From NCBI RefSeq assembly GCF_009914755.1, contig NC_060929.1: a DNA stretch of 64,000 nucleotides. One strand, given 5' to 3'. How positions within the stretch are numbered: position 1 is the first letter of the stretch; every line of letters starts with the position of its first letter. The notes under the pieces were generated by a model. The model was given only the letters and a program-made list of their open reading frames with translations. It searched no databases and was not told the origin of the DNA. Shown piece by piece: positions 44,217 through 61,204 of this stretch. This stretch comes from the human T2T-CHM13v2.0 reference genome, Homo sapiens. The position numbers were made by a program, and so were the translations under genes.

Positions 44217-47200
44217 AACCCCTTTTTAAAATTCAAAAAAAAAAAAAAAAAGGCGGGGGGGAAATTACTTAAATTGGAAGGATGACTTAAAGTTGATATT
44301 GAGCTAAATGCATTGAAGGCAGAATTTAAAGTTTGTTTGATAACAAGATAGCTAACAGAATAAAACATTTAGCATATGTATGCAATTTTGGAACTAATTG
44401 TAGTTTCAGTTTTTGCACAAACACAATCTTGTCTTCTTTCCTCACTTCTGCTTTGTTTAAATCACAAGAGTGCTTTAATGATGACATTTAGCAGGTGTTC
44501 AAAATAATTGACAGAGTTTTTTTGTTGTTGTTTTTTGTTGTTGTTGTTTTTGAGTTTAATTTATGTCAGCTTTGCTTAGTGTTAGAAGGCCATGGAGCTT
44601 AAACCTCCAGCAGTCCCTAGGATGACGTAGATTATTCTCCATCTCTCCATGTGTGAAGTAGTGCCAGGCCTGCATTAGTTGATAAGAATAGAATGATTGA
44701 ATAGAATGATAAGGTTTTCGAGAAGAGAAGTGCACCAATGTTGTCTTTTCTTTCCACGTTATACTGTGTAAGGTGATGTTCATGGTCGCTGTTGCACCCG
44801 ACAGTAAGGGATAGATACTTAATGAACATTGGCTGACATGTTGGTTAATCACATTTTAGTTTTCTGATGCCACATAATCTTGCATAAAAAAGATTCTTGC
44901 CTTAACAGTAAAACCTTCATGGATATTCTTTAATCTCTGATCTTTTTGGAAAAATGTTTTACATTCCCTTCATTTTATTATGCATTAGACGTTGAGACAT
45001 CGTGATACTTACAACTCACCAGTATAGTTGTAACTTATTACAGGATCATACTAAAATTTCTGTCATGTATACTGAAGACATTTTAAAAACCAGAATATGT
45101 AGTCTATGGATATTTTTTATCATCAAAAAAATGATCTTTGGCTAAATACCCCATTTTACTACAGACCTCCTGCTACGTAATTCCACTGATGGAAATGTTT
45201 TGTGACAAATAATTTTGCCTTCTAGGCTGTTGCTCTAACAAAATAAACCTTAGATATATCACACCTAAAATATGCTGCAGATTTTATAATTGGTTGGTTA
45301 CTTATTTAAAGAAGCAAAACAGAGCACCTTTACCCTTAGCTTCCTCACATAAATTTCTTACTGTACTTTTCATAATGTTGCATTCCTATTTCACCTACCA
45401 AGCCATGCTGTTAATGCCATGAAAGTTTAACATTTGTGATAAACTGCTGTAATTTTGATACATCTGTGATTTAGCTCATTAATTTAGATAAACTAGCTTA
45501 TTGTTTCTGTGTTTGGGAAAGGAAAAAAAGACTTTTTTAGGCATTTGCCTAAGTTTCTTTAATTAGACTTGTAGGCACTCTTCACTTAAATACCTTAGTT
45601 CTTGTTTTCTTTTGCATGCATTTTTCCCCTAGTTGGTGCTATGTTTATGTATTATGCTTGAAATTTTAATTTTTTTTGTACTGTAACTATAATTCCTCTT
45701 AGTTTACCTTTTTAAAAGTTGTGGGTCAGTCTTGCACTCCCATCAACATACCAGTAGAGGTTTGCTGCAATTTGCCCCGTTAATTATGCTTGAAGTTTAA
45801 GAAAGCTGGGCAGAGGTGTTTCATATTTCCCAGCACATGATTCTGAAGTTGAAGCTTCATGGAATGCTGCATGTATGTGTATGTGACATTTGAATACTGT
45901 CCTTCCTGCTTTATCTGCATCATCCACCCACAGAGAAATGCCTCTGTGTGAGTGCACCCACAGAAAACTGTCAGCTCTGCTTTCTAAGGAACCCTCAGTG
46001 AGGGGTATATTATGCTTCTCCAGTGTTTTTTGTTGTCTCCAATCTTAAAATTAAATTGAGATCTAAATTATTAAATGAGTTTTTGAGCAAATTAGTTTAG
46101 ATGACTTGTTTTAAAAATATTTAATTCTGATTTGGAACCTTAGATATCTACTTGATTTTTTAAAAAACCTTAATGTAACATATGGCCAGTTAAAACAAAA
46201 TAATTCTTGAATTATGGAACTATAAAGGTGTACAGTGAACAAGTAAGGTTGGATGTGAATTTTACTGTGAGGGTTATTTGTGATCAAGTTTAATCACAAA
46301 TCTCTTAATATTTATAAACTACCTGATGCCAGGAGCTTAGGGCTTTGCATCGTGTCTAATGCATCCATCCCAGTGTTACGGGATTCTCTTGATTCCTGGC
46401 ACCAAAATCAGATTATTTTCACAGTTATGATTCCCAGTGGGAGAAAAATGCCTCAATATATTTGTAACCTTAAGAAGAGTATTTTTTTATTAGTACTAAG
46501 ATGTTCAGACTTATAGACATGATTAGGTCATGCATTCTCAGGGGTTCAAATTTCCTTCTACCATTCAAAATGTTTTATCAACAGCAAACTTTAGCTCTTT
46601 CACTTTTTGTTGGAGAAAAAATAGTGGATTTTAATTTGACTCACAGTTTGAAGCATTCTATGATCCCCTGGTTACTAAGTTAAAAAATTTTTAAAGTACA
46701 GGTTAGACATATGAAATGGTTATGAACGCTTTTGTGCTGCTGATTCTTAATGCTGTAAAGTTTTCCTCTGTTTAGCTTGTTGAAATGTTTTGCATCTGTC
46801 AATTAAGAAAAAAAAATCACTCTATGTTGCCCCACTTTACAACCCTTATGCCATTCTTCTGTTCCTGTGATTGCAATGTGAGACTGAATGTAATATGCAA
46901 AACCTACTAGTGGGGTGTGGTTGTGCTCTGAGCACATGTGTAAAGGACTGGGGAGGTGTATCTTGAAAAAGCAACTGCAGAAATACCTTGTGATGATTGT
47001 GTGCAAGTTAGTTGACATGAATCTTCATTTGTAAATTTTTTAAAATATACTTTCCGCAGTCCTAACTACGTTGCGTTTTATAATAGCTTTTTCCCTTCTG
47101 TTCTGTTCATGTAGCACAGATGAGCATTGCACTTTGTACCATGCTTTACCTCATTTCAAGAAAATATGCTTAACAGAGAGAATAAAAATGTGGTTTGGCC

Positions 47201-48503
47201 TTGCTGCTGTTTTGACTTATGGAATTTGAAAAAGATAATTATAATGCCTGCAATGTGTCGTATACTCACACAACTTAAATAGGTCATTTTTGTCTGTGGC
47301 ATTTTCACTGTTTGTGATATGAAAAAGATTTGTTAACTGAACTCTTAATTACGTTTTTAAGATGTTTGTTACATTTCTTTTCCTTTTTCTTTTATATTAC
47401 GTGAAGTGATGAAATTTAGAACGACCTCTAACACTCCTGTAATTGTCTCTTAAAATACTGATATTTTTATTTGTTAATAATACTTTGCTCTCAGAAAGAT
47501 TCTAATACCCTGCCTTGACAACATGAAACTTGAGGCTGCTTTGGTTCATGAATCCAGGTGTTCACCTGGCAGTCAGCTCCTTCAGTCGCTCCCTGGAGGC
47601 AGGTGGGGACTGCAGAGGATCACTGGAATCCAGAATGAACGCAGTTCATGCACAAAGCCCCATTGATTTAAAATATTGGATCTTGCTCTGTCAGGGTGTC
47701 TAATTCCTTTACAAAAAATTTAAGCCACCAAACTGAGACCTTGATACCATTTTTTAACTGCATCTGAAATTATGTTGAGTCCTTAACCCGTTTGCATTAT
47801 CTGCAAAAGAGAAACTCATGTCATGTTTATTACCTATATGGTTATTTTAATTACATTTGAATAATTATATTTTTCCAAGCACTGATTACTTTTCAGAAAT
47901 TTAATTATTTCCAGATAAATTTCTTTATTTTGTATTGTACATGAAAAGTTTTAAAACTATGTTTAATACCAAGACTATTAAAATGATTTTAAAAGTTGTT
48001 GGAGATGCCAACAGCAATATCTAGGAAATTTGCAAGGAGACCACTGTATTTTCCACTAGCAGTGAAAATGACTTTTCACAACTAACTTGTAAATATATTT
48101 TAATCATTACTTGTTTTTTTTCTAGTCCATTTTTTTTTGGATATCAACCACAGACAATTTAAATTCTATAGATGCACTAAGAATTCACTGCAGCAGCAGG
48201 TTATCTAGCAAAAATGCAAAGGTGAACAGGAAGTAAATTTCTGGCTTTTCTGCTATAAATAGTAAAGGAAAATTACTAAAATCAAGTAAAACTAATGCAT
48301 ATAACTTGATTGACAATAAAATATTTACCATCACATGCTGCAGCCGTTTTTTAAGGAACATGATGTCATTCATTCATACAGTAATCATGCTGCAGAAATT
48401 TGCAATCTGCACTTTATGGATCACAATTACCTTGAGTTTTTTTTTGTAATAATTGTAGCCAAGTAAATCTCCAATAAAGTTATCGTCTGTTTAAAAAAAA
48501 AAA
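43962..48503 (+). pseudogene. DICER1: DICER1 processed pseudogene (5'-truncated retrocopy: dsRBD exons, 3'UTR and poly(A))
   Basis: ORF 43962-44216 translates [27 protein letters not shown]...[30 protein letters not shown], the Dicer C-terminus; no intron at the recalled last junction (44050/44051); about 4.3 kb DICER1-like 3'UTR; AATAAA at 48473-48478; A11 at 48493-48503. Confidence 0.95.
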
Positions 48504-49320
48504 GTAGGCAAAAGACATGAACAGACACTTCTCAAAAAAAGACATGAAAGCTCAGTGTCACTGATCATTAGAGAAATGCAAATCAAAACCACAATGAGAT
48601 ACCATCTCACACCAGTCAAAATAGTTATTATTAAAAAGTCAAAAAATAACAGATGTGGGCAAGGTTGCAGAGAAAAAGGAATGATTATACACTGCTGGTG
48701 GGAGGGTAAATTAGTTCAACCACTGTGAAAAGCAATATGGTGATCCCTCAAAGAGCTAAGAGCAGAAGTACCATAACACCCAGCAATCCCATTACTGCGT
48801 ATATACGCAGAGGAATATTGATCATTCTACCGTAAAGACACACGCATGTGAATGTTCATTGCAGCACTGTTCACAATAGCAAAGACATGGAACCAACCTA
48901 AATCCCCAACAATGATGACTGGATAAAGAAAATGTGGTACATATACACCATGGAACATTATGTAGCAATAAAAAAGAATGAGGTTATGTCTTTTGCAGGA
49001 ACATGGGTAGAACTAGAGGCTATCATCCTTAACAAACTAATGTAGGAACAGAAAACCAAATACCATATGTTCTTACATATAAGTGTAAGCTAAATGATGA
49101 GAACTTAGGAACACAAAGAAGGAAACAACCAACACTAGGGTCTACTTGAAGGGGAAGGATGAGAGGAGGGAGAGGAACAGAAAAGATAACTGTTGGGTAC
49201 CGGACTTAATACCTGGGTAACGTAATAATATGTACTACAAACCCCCATGACATGAGTTTATTTATGTAACAAACCTTCACAGGTACCCCCAAACGTAAAA
49301 TAAAAATTAAAAAAATAAAG
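48504..49320 (+). mobile_element. LINE-1 3' fragment (older L1PA, about PA12-15-like) abutting the DICER1 poly(A)
   Basis: gtaggcaaaagacatgaacagacacttctc ... cttaatacctggg ... aaaccttcacaggtacccccaaac followed by A-rich tail. Confidence 0.9.
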
Positions 49321-49349
49321 AGAAAACAAACTAAGTCATTTCCAAATCT

Positions 49350-50080
<731 letters not shown>

Positions 50081-50089
50081 ACCTTACTA

Positions 50090-50830
50090 ATTTTTAAATT
50101 AAGTAATGCTTTACATACACATAGATCTTAAATTCATAAATCATTAAGTGTATAGTTAGATCAGTTTTGACAAATACATGCACTCAGATATCTGTCATCT
50201 CTAGCAAGAAAAAAAACCAGAAAAACATTTCCATTACTCTAAAGAGTTTCCTTGTACCTCTTCCCAGTAAATTATCCCACCACCAGAAACAAGCACTGAT
50301 CTGATTTCTATTATAATAGATGTTTGTCATGGTTTAGAACTTCGTATAAAAGAAATAACATACTATATACTTTTTTCTGTCTGACTTATTTTACTTGGCA
50401 TTATGTCTTTAAGCATCATTCATCATGTTGTGTTCATCAGTACTTCTTTTTTGTTTGTTTGAGCAGTCTTCCATTGAAAGGACACTCTATAATATGTTCA
50501 TCCAAACTCTTTAAATGAACATCTAGACAATTTCCAGGGGTGTTTGTGTTATTATAAATAGTATTAACAAAGCTAATATGGGCATTCTTCTATAAGACTT
50601 TTTGTTGATATAGGTTTTCTTTTTTGGAGAGGAGACAAAGATCTAAGATTGAAATTGCTGGGTCATACACTGGATTTTCATTTACTTTTTAAAAAACTGC
50701 CAAAGAATTTTCCAGTGTAGTTGCACACTTTATGTTCCCATTTATAATGTATAAGAATTCCAGTTGCTTCATGGCCTCTTCGATATTAGGGGTTTTTTTG
50801 TTTTTGTTTTTTTTAGGTTAGCCATTCTAT
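50090..50830 (-). mobile_element. Old LINE-1 3' end (L1ME/MC-like)
   Basis: ttaagtgtatagttagatcagttttgacaaat...gaaattgctgggtcata. Confidence 0.65.
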
Positions 50831-51469
50831 TAGAAATGTCGTTTTTAAAGTGGATAAAGTGTTTTCCGTATTTCATTTGATATCCTCTATTGATTGTTTG
50901 CTGTGGCTCTTTGTGTTAAATTTTTTTAGTGGTTACACAGGAGACTTCAATACACATCTCTCACTTATTAGAGTAAAGCTTCAAAAATGTTCAAATATTC
51001 CACAAAAATATGAGAACCTTACTACAGTACACTTTCCATTAAAACCCACCCACCCTTTGTGTTCTTTGTCATATACTTCATTTTCATATATGTCACAAAT
51101 ACTGCATTGCATCTGAAAAGTTTAAAGTCAGTAGTCTTTAAAGCTTATCATTGGTATATAAAGATATGAATACTTTTGTAAAGCTCCTTTCTATTTTGCA
51201 ACATTTCAGTCTTCCTGGTACTCTTTCTTTCTTTCTGCAGAAGCAGGTTTCTACCTGGTATCATTTCTGTTCAGCCAAAGAACTTCTTTCGACTTTTCTT
51301 GAAATTTGAGTCTGCTGGATATAAATTCTTTTGATTTTTGTCTTTCTGAAAATGTCTTTTTTCTTTATATTTGAAGAATTTTTAATTAGAAAGAGTGTAT
51401 ATCTACAGTTTTCTTCTTTCATCACTTTAAATATTAAATATATTCTTCCATTGACCATTAGCCTCCATT

Positions 51470-51834
51470 TTTTTTTTAATTTTTTATTTCCGTAGGTTAC
51501 TGGGGAACAGGTGGTGTTTGGTTATATGAGTAAGTCCTTTAGTGGTGATTCGTGAGATTTTGGTGCACCCATCATCTGAGCAGTATACATGGCACCCTAT
51601 TTGTAGTCTTTTATCCCTCACCCCCTTCCCACCTTTTCCCCCGAGTCCCCAATGTCCACTGTATCATTCTCATGCCTTTGCAGCCTCATAGGTTAGCTCC
51701 CACTTATGAGTGAGAACATATGATATTTGGTTCTCCATTCCTGAGTTACTTCACTTAGAATAATAGTCTCCAATCTCATCCAGGTTGTTGCAAATGCCAT
51801 TAAATCTTTCCTTTTTATGGCTGAGTAGTATTCC

Positions 51835-51876
<42 letters not shown>

Positions 51877-53202
51877 CACATATATATGTGTATTTATATT
51901 CATACATATCACACGTGTATATATGTGTATATATACATACATATCACACGTGTATATATGTGTGTATATATACATACATATCACACGTGTATATATGTGT
52001 GTATATATACATACATATACATATATACACATATATACATATATACATATATACACATATACATATATACATATATATCACATATATATATGTATATATA
52101 CACACACATATCTCACAGTTTTTTTAATCCACTCATTGATTGATGGACATTTGGGTTGGTTCCATATTTTTGCAACTATGAATTGTGCTGCTATAAACAT
52201 GTATGTGCAAGTATCTTTTTCGTATAATGACTTATTTTCTTCTGGGTAGATACCCAGTAGTGGGATTGCTGGATCAAATGGTAGTTCTACTTTTAGTTCT
52301 TTAAGGAATCTCCACACTGTTTTCCATAGTGGTTGGACTAGTTTACACACCTATCAGCAGTGTAGAAGTGTTCCCTGTTCCCTGTTCACCACATCCACAC
52401 CAACATCTACTGTTTTTTGTTTTTTTGATTACGGCCATTCTTGCAGGAGTAAGGTGGTATCACATTGTGGTTTTGATTTGCATTTCCTAATCATTAGTGA
52501 TGTTGAGCATTTTTTCATATGTTTGTTGGCCATTTGTATATCTTCTTTTGAGAATTGTCTATTCATGTCCTTAGCCCACTTTTTGTTGGGATTGTTTTTT
52601 CTTGCTGATTTGTTTGAGTTTATAGCAGATTCTGGATATTAGTCCTCTGTCATATGTATAGATTGTGAAGATTTTCTCCCACTCTGTGGGTTGTGTGTTT
52701 ACTCTGCTGACTATTCCTTTTGCTGTTAGTGTAATTAAGTCTCAGCTATTTATCTTTGTTTTTATTGCGTTTGCTTTTGGGTTCTTGGTCATAAAATCCT
52801 TGCCTAAGCCAATGTCTAGAAGGGTTTTTCCAATGTTATCTTCTAGAATGTTTACAGTTTCAGGTCTTAGATTTAAGTCCTTAATCCATCTTGAGTTGAT
52901 TTTTGCATAAGATGGGAAATGAGGATCCAGTTTCATTCTCCTACATGTAGTGAGCCAATTATCATAGCACCATTTGTTAAAAAGGGTGTCTTTCTCCCCA
53001 CTTCATGTTTTTGTTTGCTTTGTTGAAGATCAGTTGGCTGTAAGTATTTGGGTTTATTTCTGGGTTCTCTATTCTGTTCCATTAGTCTATGTGCCTATTT
53101 TTATACCAGTACCATGCTGTTTTGGTGACTATGGCCTTATAGTACAGTTTAAAATCAGGTAATGTGATGCCTCCAGGTTTGTACTTTTTGCTTAGTCTTG
53201 CT
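51470..53202 (-). mobile_element. 5'-truncated LINE-1 (L1PB-like)
   Basis: Minus ORFs match the ORF2 C-terminus ([32 protein letters not shown]); TSD-like TTAGCCT(C/T)CATT at 51458-51469 and 53203-53214. Confidence 0.9.
51837..52110. repeat. Compound (TG)n/(TA)n/(CATATA)n repeat with a 35-37 bp higher-order unit
   Basis: catacatatcacacgtgtatatatgtg(tg)tatatata occurs three times at about 51901-52009. Confidence 0.9.
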
Positions 53203-53294
53203 TTAGCCTTCATTGTTTTTGACAAGAAGCCTGCACTCATTCTTGTCAATTCTCTATGTGAAGTATCTCTTTTCTATGACTGCTTTCAATTTTT

Positions 53295-53842
53295 ATAGTA
53301 TAATCTAATAGAGAAATTGCTAAATGAGAGATATTTTTATTTTTCCATTTTTAGTTCAAATTTGCAAATATTTCAGCACTCATTTTCTCAGAGGTATGAT
53401 TTTTTGTTCCCATTTAAGGGCTTTCTTTTGACAAACATGCTAGTGAAAAATTATCAAATAATTTGTCTCTATTATATTTTGGATATAGGTAATAGAAGAT
53501 CATATGCTTTCTCATTTTATTATTTTGCAATGGAAAATATAAATTTATCCAATTATATATAGGCATTCCAACAAAAGAACCTTCCCCAAAACTAAGATAA
53601 TATAAAATGCAACTATGAAATTTTGAAACTAAATCTTGAACCCTGTTTTAACTCTCAACATTTAATAAATTTAGACCCCCCCATTTTGTAGTGATAAATT
53701 TCCTGGTTTTGTTTGCTTCTTTGAAAACATTTGATACTCCATTGTTGAATATATTGATTAAAGAATTCCCAATTATTTTGAATTAAATCCAACCAAAATG
53801 CAGAAAACTTTGTAAATACCATTGTAAAATAGGTATATGGGT
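53295..53842 (-). other. 548-bp orphan insertion with a perfect 16-bp TSD
   Basis: ACTGCTTTCAATTTTT at 53279-53294 and 53843-53858; host L1M text reads on across the site. Confidence 0.7.
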
Positions 53843-54237
53843 ACTGCTTTCAATTTTTTTCTTTATCTTTGGTTTTCAACCATTTAACTATTATTTGCCT
53901 AGGTTTGTTTTCCTTTGCATCTCTCATACATGTAATTCACTAAGATTCTTGGATCTGGGGTTTGACATATTTTATGAATTTTAGAAAATTCTCAGACATT
54001 ATCTCAAAATATGTTTTTCTGTCTACTTTCTTTCACTTTTCTTCTGGAACTCCAAGGCCAAGTATGTCAGATTATTCAATATTATCTCAAACATCTTGGA
54101 TGTTCTGTTCTGTTTCTTATGATATTCCCTCTTGTATTTGATTTTTATAATTATTATTGACTAGTCTTTACGTTTGCTAAATCTTCAGATTACCTAATCC
54201 AGTCGGCTGTATAGTCCATTAAAGAAATTCCTCATTT

Positions 54238-57666
<3,429 letters not shown>

Positions 57667-57683
57667 AAGGAAATTCCTCATTT

Positions 57684-58900
57684 CTTATATTATCTGTTCA
57701 TTTCTGGGATTTCCACTTCAATTTTTTTTATACTTACCATGTGTTTGCTGAAATTTCTTCACCCATGAGGGTCAGTCACCTTTTTGTCTAGGTACTTTAA
57801 CATATTTATGACAGTTATGATAATTTCAACATTGAGGCCATCTCTGGATCTGGTACCATTGACTCTTTCCTTCATTGTCAATGGATCATTTTGTTTTCTT
57901 GGTTGTTTTTGTGTCTTGTGACTTTTTATTAACCACCACAAATATGTAAAAACAGCATGGTCTAATGCAGTTATATTTATATACAGAAAAGGGTACATTT
58001 CTGTTTCTTTCAGGTCATTAGTATTGAGGTTTGAGTCATTCTAGTTGTGTTTAGTTTGAGTATGAGTTTTTGCTTAAGTTACATTCAGTTCACTTCAGGT
58101 TTCAAAATATTTGAGGTTGGGATCATTACTTTAGCAGGGTTTGGGCTCTTAATGCCTAAAGGGTTTGCCTAAGTTCCCCTGCCCTAACTTTAGACTTCAG
58201 CAAACTCCATACTTCTGTATCTCAGGGCTTCTCTCTCAGCTCTCTTATCCCTTCTCTGGAGTCAAGGGGTCTCTGCCTCAATCAGCAGGCATCCCCTGGG
58301 TAGTTGCTTTTAAGTCTCTTGCTCTTCCTAAGGATAGAGGAGACCTCATGAGCCCATACCTGAATGGGTCTTGCTCTGCTGCTCTGCCCTTTCCCCAATG
58401 GTAGATCATCTTTGCCTGATATTCAGTGTAAGGTTTTGAGTATGAGAATATTTCTCTGTTTTTGTGCTTCACTCTCAAAGTACAGCAGAAACACTGCTTG
58501 CACTTCAGAGGAGTTTGTTCTGAATAGTTCTGCCCCGATCACAATCTTTCACATGAGGATATTGTGAAGACTTGTGTAAAATACCTTATAGGGTAGGCGT
58601 GGACTCCTCTTTTGTCTGGGGTTCTCAAGGATCCTAAGCTCTAATACTCAGTTCACACTCAGCCTCCACAAGTTCATTAAAATTCAGCTATTTTTTTCTT
58701 ACCCACATCCATGAATGTGTTTTCCTCCTCTCTCTGTTCTGCCAAAGATGAAAATAGCCATGGTTCCCATCTCTCTTAGGAGGGACTTGACCCCTCTTGG
58801 ATTTTAGTTCATTAGATTACTTTACAATCTTAACTTCCTGGCAGGGTTAAAATGACAATGGTTTTGTAAATCATCTGGCTTTTTAATGACTTTCTACATG
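57684..58900 (-). mobile_element. Old L1M ORF1/5' region, continuing the element at about 50830-54230
   Basis: Antisense L1M-like text continues across the TSD. Confidence 0.5.
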
Positions 58901-59084
58901 CTAAATAAAGATTAACTCTCTCTAAATGTTTAAAATAATTCTCACATTCTTGTCAAAGTGATCATCTAAAATCCTACCATAAAGGTTTTCTGCTGGAATC
59001 TTCTTCATTCACTTATTTGCAGGGAAATTCTTAATCCTTTTTCAAAACTACAGTCACTTATCACTTTTTCTAGAATGTATAACT

Positions 59085-59282
59085 AGGGATTGCTCAATAT
59101 CACCACGATTGACATCTGGGGCCAGAAAATTCTTTGTCATGGAGCTTTTTCTTTGCATTGTAGGATGTTTAGCAACAACTCCGATCTCTATTGCTAGATG
59201 TTAGTTTCGTATTATATCACCTCTCTAATTGTGACAATTAAAAATGTCTCCAGACATTCTAAAGTGTTGAGAACCATTGCTG
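59085..59282 (+). mobile_element. MER20 (hAT-Charlie)
   Basis: ttgacatctggggccagaaaattctttg...gtgacaattaaaaatgtctccagacatt...ttgagaaccattg. Confidence 0.85.
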
Positions 59283-61204
59283 TAACTTGATCTCTTTTCT
59301 GGGCTTAGGATGAGGGGTTGCTTTTGTTAGTTTTGGTCTCATATTATCCTGTGTCCACCTGTTATATTTTCACTTATTATATTTTCTTGTATTTTTCTGT
59401 CCTTCTCTCTCTTTCTCTCTCTCACTCTCTCTCTCCCCCCCACACACACACTCACAGACAGACACATGCACACACACACTTGTGCCTGGTTAGAATCCTC
59501 TACTGCACTGAGAAGGGTGAATGCTAAGAAGTAGAAAGGTGGGAAGAGAGTTGATCACTGTGATGATGCAAATAATTTGTAAAATCTGAAAAGGAACTAT
59601 TAGTGTTTGTATTAGAAAAGGGAAAGATACAGGGGAAGGGGTTAGTGTGGGGGTGTGTGTGTGTGTGTGTGTGTGTTGGCATGGAAGTGCCATTGAGAGT
59701 AGATACCCATCCTCGAAAAAAAAATGAGTTGGAGACAGAGAATTGGGAGAGATTCGTGGGGAAATGGTTGTGAAGAAAATAAAATTTGGCAATTGAAGCA
59801 ATAATGTCAGGAAATTAGAGAGGTCTAGCTGGGATTCTTGTTGCATTTTGCCATATAGTATACAATTATTTAACATTCTTCTCACACTACCTGAAAAATG
59901 TTCATCATTGTGGAGTTGGGTTTGCTTTTTAAGTTTACAAGACAAATGTCAAGTTCTGCCCTGAGGTAGACAAGATATTGATGAGAGTCTGAGGTGGGAA
60001 TGAGGTGTGGTATATAGTCCGCTGTTTTTCTTTGTTTTCTGTGGTTTCTTCCTGTTCCATTGTGAGTTGCTTGAGGGCCAGGCATATGTCTCATATAGAG
60101 CAGAGTTTATGGCACATAGTAGACTCACAATATCTGTTGTATAGGTACCTGGATGAGAATTACCTTCTCTATTAAGGGTGATTAAATGATCAGTGACCAT
60201 TATTGCCTGAGCTTATGGAGAAAAGTAATAACCTGGCCATGCAACCTGGGGAAAGGATATTCTGAGTATTTCTCATGCTCAGATGCCAGATGAGGACTGT
60301 TAGTCTTAGGACTTAAAGCAGGAGTTGGAAGAAGAGCAGGAGGAGGGGAAGGAGAAAGAGGAGGAGATAACATTTACTGAAAGTTTACTAACATTTTCCA
60401 TCAAATGTAAAAGTCAAAAATGCCAATTATAATTTCAATGTCATTCATTACTTCTAAGACACATACTAATTTCACAGATGTCTGAATATAAAAGTTAATA
60501 TTAAAACTGAAATATGGCACATGCCATGCAGTCTTCAGGGTGATCTGAATAAGTGAAGTCATTCAGTCTTCACCACTATCCCATGAGGGCCCTTATCATT
60601 AGATGGCAGAAGGCCCACTAAGTTCTAGTCCTTGTTTTATCCCAGTTTATGATGTACCTGGAAAGCCAAATTTTCCAGATATGATGATATGGCTCTTGGT
60701 TTTCTAATGAAAAACTGTTTCTGAAAAGATGTAAGGACAGAAGCTCGTCAAAAGGATTTAAGAAAGGATAACCAGTGGTAAGCCTAAAAGTGCATGTTCT
60801 AGAAATGAATAAATGGATATCCTGTTCAAATTTATTCCATGATGTTAATATAACCAACAAAGTGTGGGGCAGGAAACACTTTAGATTGTTTAAAAGTTCT
60901 TCTTGTCCCAGGACAACAGTTTGAATATCTGCTGTACTCTTTGAATACTAAGCAAGGCTATGTTCCCTTTGCTGTACAGCTATGGAAAGAGGGATATTTC
61001 TATAGGAAGGGTGGGAGAATAGGAGAGAACACAGAAAAAGTTTACTATTCCTGAAAGAACAGACACCTTAGCATCCTCACCTCTATTCCCACCCTATGTA
61101 ATCATGAGAACATGACGATGGGGGTGGCCAAGAAAGAAAAGATCACGGAGGCTTAAGAGGGAAAGCAGACTAGGGAGATGTAGCCATCTGGATAAGGAAT
61201 CTGA

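Noticed and set aside
43962-48503. The true DICER1 gene 3' end
   Set aside because: No upstream RNase III exons, last intron missing, genomic poly(A), and 9 aa changes in a highly conserved domain
51751-52249. Overlapping Y/I/H/C/V-rich ORFs
   Set aside because: Translation of a dinucleotide microsatellite
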